Shown here: positions 45,530 to 56,617 of the stretch, in pieces
Layout of the letters: every line of letters starts with the position of its first letter
Position numbering within the stretch: position 1 is the stretch's first letter
From: Craspedostauros australis
Lineage: Eukaryota
Assembly: GCA_030167865.1 (NCBI GenBank)
Contig: JALAGF010001700.1
Span: 1-64,000 of the forward strand
Direction: 5' to 3'
Length of the DNA: 64,000 nt
The notes under the pieces: model-generated
What the model was told of the DNA's origin: nothing
What the model saw: only the letters and a program-made list of their open reading frames with translations
Databases searched by the model: none
Translations under genes and position numbers: made by a program

Positions 45530-47964
45530 TTAGTACGAAACGCCGGCCTCGCTGAGCTTGCCCTCCAGGTACTCGACTCGCTTCTTCAAGTCGTCGACCT
45601 CCTTGGTGAGCACTGGGACTGTCTTGAACACCTTCTTTGGAGCAGCCTTGGCACCGCCCGTGTTCTTCGGGTTCAGGGACATTGTCACTGGGAGCTTGGT
45701 GCTTCCCTCCTTCCATTCCATGCAAGTGTGGGCTGGCGTGCTTGACGGGCAGTCTGGGAAGATGTCCTCCTGGAAGGCGTCGGATTTTCGTGGCACGATG
45801 AACTTGAGCGGGTGCATGCCGGCGCTGTTTGTGATCTTCATGATTCTGGCAGTCTCGCAGTCCATGATGTCCAGTCCGCGCTTTGGTGCCATGCAGTATC
45901 CCTTGCCTGGTGTCGTGGAGCGGAATCCATCGTTGAGCTTGTGGATGAATGGCGCCTTGTCTTCGAACTCGTAGATTCGGATGATACCGTCTCCCTTACC
46001 GCACAGGTAGAGCACGCTGGTGTCCTGGTCGTAGAGCGGGATCAAGGCTCCAGAGGCGGTGTCGACGGCCTCGGTGTGGAGTGGTTGTGACAGGTTCTTG
46101 AGATCCCAGATCTTGATCTCGCGTCCGGATTGCTTGGATGCTCCCGTGGAAAGGAGCTTTCCGGACTCTCCCATGTACTGGAGCTTCATGGACTTGGCAC
46201 CCTCGTGGGCCTTTGCGATCTTGGCAGTCTCGGCGCAGGTACGTCCATCCATGAGGCGGATGGCCTTGTCCTTGTTGGAAGCGGCGAAGTTGTCTCCGCG
46301 GATGTCCCAGATGATGTCCTGAGTGAGGTCCGGCAAGTCGCGGAATGTGTTGACGCACTCGGACTGCTCGACGTCCCAGACCTTGATGGTGTGGTCGGCG
46401 GAGCAGGAGAGCAGGGTGTTGGCCGCGGTTGGGTGGTAACGAAGGAGCTGGACCTTCTTGGCGTGTCCCTCGAGGTCGAGCATGGAGTCTCGGAGGTCCT
46501 CTCCCTTCCTTGCCATTCCCTTCTCGTCGGTTGGCTCCCACTCCTCTGGGATGGACCAGATCTTGATGGTGGTGTCCTCGGAGGCGGTTGCCATCATGGT
46601 GTCATCGAATGGGGAGAATTCAATGTCCAGGACGGAGCCGGTGTGTCCCTGCACGATTTGGGAAGTTCCATTCTCGAAACGTCCTGGGCGGTCATGGCGA
46701 CCGACGAGGACTGGACCACCACCACCGGCCAAGGACGTTGCCCAGTACTTGGTGGATGCCTTGATGTACTGCTGCTCGCCTGTGGATGTGGAGAGGCGGA
46801 AGTCAGTGTGCAATTGCTGCGAGGTTCCAATAATTCATTGTATTTGTCGCAATTGTGTTTGTCGCAATTGTATTCGTCACAATTGTCGCGATTGTTGCAA
46901 TCGGTGGCGGATGCCAAAGGTTGGTTTTGCAGCGTATAGATGCATTCGAGGAATGGGTCGATTGTCATGAGATCGCAGTCATCCATCAGTCGCACCAGCA
47001 CCAGTTATCGCCGTAAAGTTGGTTGTGTGTCGACATGAAGACGTGGGGAAGTGGATGGGAGTTAGTAATCGTGTGGCACAAGCATGGGCGCATTGTGTGT
47101 TGTATTGCGGAAGGCTGCCAACACAGGCTGCCAACGCAGATGTCGGAGGGTGAGCATGTGCAACCGACTTTCGTGAATGACAACTAACCGGACAAACGCA
47201 AGGCAAGACAGTCACAAGACGATGACAAGAGTCCAGACATGTTCCGACCATTTTGTCGTGCAGAGCTTTCCCATCCAAAGTGACCATCTGCCTCGTCGTG
47301 CCAATGTGTACGCCTGTTGCACCATGCTGGTTCTCACGCCGCGATGGATGATGGACATGCCGCCAATCCCAGAGCTGAGCGAAGTGCTTGTACTCATGCC
47401 AGCAGAGGCGTGAGCTCCATCCAACGTCCATGCTCTTCCAAGCTGCGTTGATGTCCCATGCATGCATGCATGCACACAGCGAAGCCGAGCCCAACACAGA
47501 CCCGCACGTATGCAAAACGGAGTAACCGTGTGGCTGCCGTTTTGATGCTGTGCGACACAGAGCCGATGGAAGGGATCCGCGATGATCCAACCAGTGCTTT
47601 CCCTCTGGTGCATTCCCTTGCTTGCGCTTTGCATCTGCATCAGCTTGGCGTGACCGGAGACGTTGGGCTTGCCATGGGTTGGCAAACGCGATTTTCTTGG
47701 TTTCCGTCACTCTGTTGTGGTTTTGCGAGCGAATGACTGTGCTTCCGGATACTGCAGCACCAGCTGGATCGGATTCGGCTTTGGTTGCATTGCTTGGCGG
47801 CATTGCTTGGCGTTCATGGTGTTCACGACGACGATGCGGTTGTTTCTCTTGGACTGTCACTCTCTCAATCAATTGGACATGGCATCTCTCATAGAATTCC
47901 CTACCTCTTGCTTGGGTTGGTCACAGTAGACGTGACGGAACTTGGATGTGCGGAGCTTGAACAT
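45530..47964 (-). CDS. Coronin (WD40 actin-binding protein); 2 exons
   Basis: Exon 1 47964-47905 encodes MFKLRTSKFRHVYCDQPKQE, with the coronin SKFRHV signature. Intron GTAGGG..GCAG spans 47904-46817. Exon 2 46816-45530 has WD repeats (GHTGSVLDIEFSPFDD, GHAKKV), GKGDG, PKRGLD, VPRKSDAFQEDIFPD and a C-terminal coiled coil. Confidence 0.95.
46837..46886. repeat. 15-bp tandem repeat ATTGTRTTYGTCRCA x3.3 near the 3' end of the coronin intron
   Basis: attgtatttgtcgca attgtgtttgtcgca attgtattcgtcaca attgt. Confidence 0.85.
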
Positions 47965-49170
47965 GGTGGTTGGTTGTCTTGACTATCTTGGTTGCCTTGG
48001 TTGTCTTGGTTGGATGTTGTTACTGTTATTGTTGCTAATGCTGATGCTAATGCTGTTGCTATTGCTGTTGCTGTTAATGTCGATGCGGTTGTGGAGATGC
48101 AATGTGATACACGTCTATTCGATGGAAATGTGGTGTGGATGCTTCTGGTGTGACCTTTTGATGTTGACGAATGACGGGGGGAGAAGCGAGATGTTTCCTC
48201 TTTCACTGGAAGTGGCAGCCGCTCTTGTTGTTGGTGTTACTGTGGCTGACCGTGTTGTTCTGGCTTTTGTTTTCGGTCATGCAGGCGTCCGCGTTTCTTG
48301 GAGTTCTTGCCACCGTCGGCTTCTCTCTGTGCCACGCCATTGGATAGATCGTACTCGTCACAACGAGGCGCGCGCGTCCTGAATTGGTGAAAATCCACAC
48401 CACCGCCGTTGTTCGCGCACCACGCGCAACAACACGGAGCAAACAGAGAGACGAACAGACAGACGCAAGATCCAAAACCCAAAATTTGATTTCGTCGGTG
48501 GGGTGCGCAGTCATTGCAGTCGCGGTCATTGTTCCAAATGACACACGCAACAAGGATTCGAACATCGATATACTATATAGTACCTATGGTATCAAGTGGT
48601 ATCTTATTTGGTGTATCATAGTGTTCCATGGTACTCATTGAACAGCATTTGTCGATCGTGTGACAAGCTCGACTGGCCAACTCGCTCGTTCGAAAACTAT
48701 TGTTAGCGGAACGACACGGTTCAAGCCGCAAGCACATCGTGTGCAAAAGAACAACACACCACGCAACCACATTTTCGAACGCAGCCACCAAACAATTCGA
48801 AACATGAAGTGTGCACATTTCTGTTGGCCGTGTTGCCTGTGTTGTTGATGTTGATGGTGATGGTGATTGCACCCGCATCCTTGTCTGGCTTTGGCTTGTT
48901 TGTCTGCGAGCATGGGGAAGGCGATTGGAGGCATGTCACTGTCCGGATTTGTTCTCGCATTGTCGGTAGTGTCGACCACACAAGACAACACAACAATCAC
49001 TCGGCGTGGCGCGTGACTTTCACTTGCACAACCAACATCCACATCTCATTGATCACATCATCGATCGCATCATTCATTTGGTCCGCCTTCTGACAATCAT
49101 ACATACATCCACGAACATCAACACTCCCAGCATCAATATCAACATCAACAACAACGCCAACAAAATAACG

Positions 49171-52100
49171 ATGGTGAGGCGCATCGAACTCTTTGCGGAT
49201 GACGGCAACTTCCAACCAGGTGATAATCATGCCCTTGATGACAAAGAGAACGACGCCCCTCCCAGGCGCACCGCAAAGTCGAACAGATCCCACCCAGGCT
49301 TCGACCGTCGTGATCAAGTCAGCAAGGGCATCCGTGACGACAATGACGACGATGATGACGACGACATGATGATGGACGGAACAGCAATTGAGATAGGCCA
49401 ACTGGTGCACAGCCTGTTGGTCGGTGAGGGGCAAGCTCAAGCAGATGCTGGCATCGACTTGGGTGACAGCGAATCGGAAGGATCTGACGATGACGATGAC
49501 GACTCTCTCGATGGCAAGCAACGCTCCAAGCACAGGGTGATGCAGAAGATCCAGGGCAAACAATGCCAGCGACTTTGGGAGCTACTGCACAACGTTCCGG
49601 AGCAACGCAACATTCGAACGGTGCTTTCACCAGCGGCTTTGGCTGCAGGTGCGGATTCGGCAGACAATGTCCTTGAAAGCCAGAATACCATCGCTTCATC
49701 ACTCACGACCGCCACCACCTCAGGCCGCATCTCATCGGCCGAAGTCTCAGAGATCGCATCCACCATATCCAACCTCATGACGCAGCGTGTGGACGCGCAA
49801 GATCTGCTTCCTGCGACCCAAGATGACAAGGCAAACGAGCAAGTCATGCAAGGCAAGCGATCCAACACCATCACGCTCGCAGCGATGCAGGCCGCACGTC
49901 TCTACGCCCATCTGGCGTCACGTCCCGGTGCTTGGGCGTCATCCTTCCTGGAGCTTCAAGGTCTCACATCGCTCACAGCCTTGTCGAGAAGGTGGTCCCT
50001 GGAGCTCTCATCATCAACACCATCATCGAGAAAATCGACGCAAGGCAGGACGAGCACGGCGCGGCAGAGCTCGTCTGGCAAATCCAATCGCAACAGTTCC
50101 GCTGCCCAACCACGCAAGAAGCAACGTGCTGGCAGCCACGGCAATGCGACGCGCCAAGGACGCATGCGTTCCTGCAGACAGAGCACCAAGCCCAGCATCG
50201 ACGATTCCATCAACTCGAGCTTTGCTAGCTCAGGCAGCACATCCGCCGCATCGCCGCATGCCCTTGGCTTTGCGGTGGCGAAGGAATTGGCCAACATTCC
50301 ATTCCAAAAGGAGTTCTCGAGCTGGACCAGCGAGGCCCGTGAGGCGCTGTTGGAAACGCTCGTTGTCTGCTACGTCACATGTGCGTCGTGCCCAACTGCT
50401 GCACAGGAACTGTGCAGTAGGCAAGGATTCAGCACCAAGGACCTGCTGGACAGCATGAAAAGTGCCATCGACGCAACCCTGTCTCGGGGAGATGCACAAC
50501 ATCGCATCGAGACTTGCAAGGTGATCCTGCGACAAACTCTCCCCTACGTGACCGTGGCTGTCAGTGCAGGACTACCAGGAGGTGAGAAGGGGCGTTTCGC
50601 CGCACAAGAGGAGTCATCCAAGTGGATTCGACGCATGCTGCTGACGATCACAAAGATCGCGGAGAAGGACGGTCCCAACTCCTTCAACACCCCAACTCAA
50701 CAACGGCGTCGATTGCAGTCCACGACGCCAGGTACCACCACCGCCACCGCTAACTCCGTCATGAAACGCACGCCCAAATCCCACCGCAAGAAACGCAGAT
50801 CAGCGGATGGACGGTCCAGACCCGTCTTGACGTCTCCAGCACTGAAGAGGAACGGTAGTAGAGGCCACAACAACAACAGCCGGCGCAAGGAGAACCCAGG
50901 CAGCGGCAAGTCTCTTCGCCCCCTGCTCTCCATCTTCGTGGGGTTCTTCCAGAAGATTGCCACCTTCCGAACTGGACTGGAGAAGGCGAGGGTTCGACAT
51001 GCCATCCTCTCGACCATCAACTCGTGCTTGGGAGACCTTCCGATCCCAGAACGCACCCACATCCTGCAGTTCGTCATCCGACTTGCGCAGTCCAAAGTGA
51101 GCGTCCACAGACTCATGGCATGCGAATGGATGAGCCACATTCTTTGCCAGCCATGGCTCATTCGCGATCACAGGACCAGCCCCGCGAGTTCCATTGAGAT
51201 CCTTGGGGAGGGTGCCACCGCCATGCAGAGCCCAACGCAACTGAATCAAGCAGCGACACCCGACACGAATGACGATGGAATCGCACGAACTCCATCACCC
51301 GCTGATCCGACCCGAATGTTGGCACCAGCAGATGCGTTGCCACATGTCATGTTCGAGGCATTGCAAGGACGTCTCGTGGATCGCATTGCAACAGTTCGTG
51401 CAAGGGCAGCATCAGCGTTGGGAACGGTCGCGAACCGTGACGTCTCCAACAGCGCCCTCACTAGTGCGAATGCTCTTGCAAATAGCAACAGCATCAACGA
51501 AGCCCCTGAATCGGACAAGGCATGGATGGTGGTGGACGAGACACTGTTGTTCGCGCTGCGCAAACGAGCTCTGCAGGACGAATCGGCATTGGTGCGCAAG
51601 GCCGCCATCTCGAGCTTCGGACAGCTGCTGCTCATGGCTCAGGGTTTGGACGCCGAACGCAACGTCGCGGCACTGTGCGAGCTCACACAAGACAAGTCCC
51701 TGCTGACGCGTACAGCAGCTGCGCAGGCGTTGACCACATTGCTGCTGGAAGAGAGGAGAAAGAGTCATAGCAGCGCCGACGGTGGGGACCACATGCTTGC
51801 GTCGTCCCATGACAAACAGGAGACGTGGAACAAGCTCGAAGAAGCCTGGTCATCGTGTGTACTTCCCATGGTACTTGAAGACGATACGACGAGGTCGCAA
51901 CAGCGCTTGCTCGGTTTGGTCAACGAAGTTCTGATTGCACCCTTCCTGACGAACTTGGACGGGAAGTCCTGCGAGCAAGCCTGCCGTATCCTTGGTTGCA
52001 TCGGGGCTTCTCGTGGATCGCAAGGCTCAGCAAAGAATGGAATCCTCGCCCTCGGCGCGACGTTCAAGCAACTGGCAACGGATGACCCTTCCCGTATCAC

Positions 52101-54583
52101 CACGACCTTGGTCGAGCGCTTGGTCCGCATGGCCCATCGAAGCGAACTGGATGCCCAGAAGTCGGATGGGGCTGAGGAGGACGGCAACCTGAACTCCAAC
52201 TCCAACACCAAGGCGGTGGCATTTGAGGACGATGCGGAGTACACCGAGCAGCAAACGAGGACTGTTGCGATCTGGACCATGCTCGATACCTTGGTGACTT
52301 CGCTGGTCGTAAAGAAAGAATGGAAGGTGCAAATGATCGAAGCCATCGAAGATTGCGTGGAGGGACTTGGGTTTTGCCTTTCCGCGTGGCGTCGGACACT
52401 GAAGCGACTTAAACCGCACCTGCGGTCATCGTTGAGTCCCGAAGACGACCGTCAGAGCACTCTGTTGCTTCGCGTTACGCTGCGTTCCTCCTTGGTGGTC
52501 CTCTCCCATCTGGCCTTCCGGCTCGATGTCCACGAAGCACGTGAGTGCAGTGCTGATCTCACCAAGTGCGTGGAGCGGTTTGCGTTCCCACCGGATGTCA
52601 TCGGTTCTGCCGTGACGGCCTTGGCATCGCTGTACACCGTGAGCTGGAAGGATACCGACACCATCAAGACCGAGTACGGCAAATGGATCCGCAAGTCACT
52701 TGCCGCGTGCGAATTGGAGTTGACCGACTTCGCGCAACGAGCCGTGAAGCTTGATGATCATGACAACGCCAATCCACATGCCATCGGACACAGGCTTTCA
52801 CGGGATGCTGTTCGTGCATTGCACACTGTCGGTGAATTGACGATGCTCGGCTTCAAGGCAGATGATGACAAGCCTAAAGCCAAATCTGTGGCGAAGAACA
52901 GCAAGAATGGTTCCAATGGCGCCGATGCAAGACAGCAGGGCCACACATCGCCCGAGGAAATCCTTCGCAGCGTGACCGAGCTTCCGTCGCGCAAGCTTCA
53001 GGATGTGGTGATGGCACTCCTCCCCGCCCACCTGCCAGGTGCGGAGACAGTGAGGACACCGGAGAGCATCCGTGCCCATGCCTTCGTTGTGCTGGGGAAG
53101 ATGTGCCTTCGAGACGAGACGTTGGCCAAGACCTCGTTGAATCTGTTCGCTCGGGAGCTCCATCCTGCGACCGCCAACGCGAGCCCCGCAGTCCAGAGCA
53201 ACGCCCTGTTGGTGCTGGGTGATCTCTGCATCCGATACACCAATATGGCGGACCGGTACCTCCCCGTGATGGCATCGTGCTTGCAGTCAGGCGTGAACGC
53301 TTCGGAGATGCAGATCCTGAAGGTCCCTCAACCGCAAATGGCCATCGTGCGCAAGCACGCCATTCTGATGCTATCAAGCCTGCTGTTGCAGGATTACGTG
53401 AAATGGAGAGGCTTGCTTTTCCACCGATTCCTGGTGGCTTCATCCGATGATGACGACACCGTGGCCCAGCTTGCGGAGAGCGTGCTATCCGGGCCGCTGT
53501 GGGTGAGGTACCCGAAGTTGTTCTTCAACCAGTTCGTCGAATCCATCTTCGTGCTGAATCGCTGCACGGCACATCCGATCTACGTGTCAGCGGCAACGAA
53601 TGGCGATGGTGGCAGCGGGATCGCGGTTGGATTCGATGGGATCGACCTGCGAGGCGCCGTGGGGGAAGCGAGGCGTCGGCTGATGTACGATTTGATGCTG
53701 TCGAAGCTTTCTGATGAGGAGAAGATTGGCATCACGGCACGTTTGGCGAAGGAGGTGTTGGGCAGCGCATCGAGCGCGAGAGATGGCGACCTGGCATTGG
53801 TGTGCCGACGTCCGCAGGTTTCCGCCGAGGAGAGGTACGAAGGCGCCGTGGCCGTTCTGAACGACTCGTTCTACATCCTGACGCACAAGATGCTGAAGGT
53901 TGGCAAGGTGCACGATCAGGATGATGAGATGGAGATCGTGGATCCGAACATGACTGCAAACCCAGGCAAGCAGATCGTGGCCGCGAAGAGTCGGTTGCTG
54001 TCGAACATCAGCAGGAAGCACCTAATCGAGATCATCTTGCCCATCCTGTGCAATCTGAAGGCGGTCTTGCAGGTAAGTTGAACTTGGTGGGAGTCATCGT
54101 ATATGTGTGCTCGGTTGCTGTTTTGCTGCATCGGGCTGTCGTGTCGTTGTATTGGTGCATCGTTGCATTGGCGTGTTGGTGTATCGTTTGGCATGTACTG
54201 TGCATTGTTTTGGAGCATGATTGAGTACTTTATCTAACGTTGCATGGTGATTCTCTTCTTATTGCTATCGCTATCCCATGAACGGTTGGTCGCACGGCAT
54301 CTTCATTGTGCGTATCAATCTGCGCTACGCTACTCTGCTCTACTCTACTCAACGAATGTGGTGATCGTGGACGCAGGCTTCATGCTCACCACTGCTGAAG
54401 GATCTGATGTCGTACTTGGTGTACATCTTTCGCAACTACAAGAGTGAGGTAAAGGAGTTCCTGACGAATGACCCCACGCTGTTGAAGGAGATCGAATACG
54501 ACGCTCGACAGCACGCAACGAAGTCGAAACACAAATCGCACGCGCCACCTGCCACCTTTACCGCAGTCATTGGCAATCAATGA
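49171..54583 (+). CDS. NCAPD3: Condensin II HEAT-repeat subunit CAP-D3; 2 exons
   Basis: Exon 1 49171-54072, intron GTAAGT..GCAG, exon 2 54377-54583 (ASCSPLLKDLMSYLVYIFRNYKSEVKEFLTNDPTLLKEIEYDARQH...stop). Cnd1-type HEAT motifs RAHAFVVLGKMCL, VQSNALLVLGDLCIRYT, RKHAILMLSSLLLQDYVKWRG and IILPILCNLK. The QDYVKWRG and SPLLKDLM..EIEYD features favour CAP-D3 over CAP-D2. Confidence 0.9.
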
Positions 54584-54669
54584 TGGAAGCGATTGGGATT
54601 CGCTGTGTTGGCATATCCGTACTCGTTGGGTAGATTGATGACTGCTGGATGATGGATGGTGAACGATTC

Positions 54670-55891
54670 TCACTGGATGAAGGTTCCCTTGTCGATTTGC
54701 GATGGTTCCGGCGCAGCGATGTTCTGCGTGTTGACCTTTTGCGCTCGAAGGGTGGTGGCGGATTCCCGAACGAGCGAGTGGATGGCACCGATCATGAGCT
54801 GCGTGTTGGATCCGACGGGGTCCGTGATGACGATGGGAATCTCGATGTTCATGTCCTGAATGGCATCGGACATAATTTCCGGAATATCCTTGGTAACGTG
54901 ACGACCGGGGCTGAGGAAGTACGGATGGCATATGATCTCGTCTGTTGCAATGGGTTGCAACCGGACATTGGCAGTGCAAGGGAAGATTGGTGGAGAGGGG
55001 AAGTAATGTGGCGTTTGGTCCAATAATGTATGGTAGCAGTACAAGTTAGCAATATCAAGTCAGCAATACCAAGTCAGGATGAGAATTGTATCGGTTGGTA
55101 GCAATGCAAGGCATGATTGTCAACACACATAGTCGTATTTGACAGAGATTGAGATCATGTTGCTTGCTGTTTTGTGTGCGTGGTGTTTGTCTGCCAAGGA
55201 ACGTACCAACACCTTCATCGAGCAATGCCTGAAGCCCATCTGGAATAAAAGGGGGAACGATCTCCATATGCGCTGCCTTAACGACGATGGAATCATCGTC
55301 GATTGTCAGCTGATAGAGCTCCGCCAATTTCAACAACCGCTCGTTGCTGGCAGGATTCTTGGAGCCATGATCCATGAGGAGGATGCCCATCTTCCCGCTG
55401 CGGGACGGCACTGTGTTGCGCGCTGGCGACGATTGCTGATTTCGTCGAATGCCCTTCGTCAAACGCAACGGGCTGTCCTTCTTCGGCTTGTCCTGCGTCG
55501 CACCGCCAATGCCATTGGGATACTCGTGCGGGCTCTTCAACGGATCGAAATACTCAAACAGATCCTGCTGCACGCCTCCTGGGGAGCTCTCTACGGATGG
55601 CGCCTTTGGCGTTTCCTCCTCACCGCTGCTTTGCGCCACGGCTTCTTTCTTCTCGACAGCAGCATCGCGCTTCGGCTTCGTGTCCGGCGAGATGCCTTGC
55701 GGATACGCATGCGGGCTGAGGAGCGGATCAAAGTACTCAAACAGATCCGGTTCCTTGTCGTTCGATGCCATGCACAGCGATGCATGTCGTTGTTGACGCA
55801 GCAGCGAAACAACAGATGGAGCGGTCGTCCATGCCTGCGTGCTCACGATCACTGATCCGGCGCAGACGCAGGCCAGGGAAATACGATTCAT
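54670..55891 (-). CDS. Sirohydrochlorin chelatase (CbiX/SirB family), predicted plastid-targeted; 2 exons
   Basis: Exon 1 55891-55207 has leader MNRISLACVCAGSVIVSTQA-WTTAP, ILLMDHGSK and AHMEIVPPFIPDG. Phase-1 intron GTACGT..ACAG spans 55206-54942. Exon 2 54941-54670 gives DEIICHPYFLSPGRHVTKDIP. HGS and P(Y)FLSPGRH are the CbiX/SirB metal-binding His motifs. Confidence 0.9.
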
Positions 55892-56301
55892 TCGCACGAT
55901 CATTGTTGTTACTGTCGTTGTTATCGTCTTCTTGGTTGGAGTGCTCGCATGTATGGGTGCTCAACTCTATCCACGATTGTGCAGGTATGGGTGGAATGAG
56001 CGGCATCAGACAAGGCGGGAGAGGGCTGATGATGCCCACATGACGGAGGATACAGTCAGATTCCACAGAAAAGATCGTGTCTGGACACGAAGCAATCACC
56101 AAGAACGCTTCTTGACATCGACTCGCGAACGCGAATGCAACCTTCTCCAAGAATGACTTATTCGTGTGATTCACGGTCTGCCATAGTCCCAAATGTCTTT
56201 TTTGCTTGACTCCATCGAATTCAATCAACAACAACATGCCCGACTCAACGCGATGTGTGTGCTTCCACGTTGAAATCTACGGTGTCTGGTACAAACCGGA
56301 T

Positions 56302-56314
56302 TTCAAATTTTGAA
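56302..56314. promoter_or_regulatory. Inverted pair of CHR-like elements (TTCAAA-T-TTTGAA) about 300 bp upstream of the KNL1-like ATG
   Basis: Sequence tttcaaattttgaa. TTTGAA is the CHR consensus of G2/M genes in animals; function in diatoms is inferred only. Confidence 0.35.
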
Positions 56315-56617
56315 TCTTGGTCGGAGTTGGTGGGAAGAATGAAAAGCACAACAAGAAAATGAGGCACGCGAAGCAAGACACCAAACGAAGCGCAACAAGC
56401 AAGAAGGCATCTGACACCAACAGAGGCAACATCAGTCACTCCACCATTGGGACGACCATCGTTGTGGATACGAGCCGAGGCAACACTCACTACAGCAAAG
56501 ACATCTGCTCCGCCAACGATAACATCGTCAACAACAGCATCAGTTGCGACATCGTTCAAGCATCAAACGCCATCACTGAGAGCCACTGCTGCTACCACCC
56601 ACATCCACACCCACACG

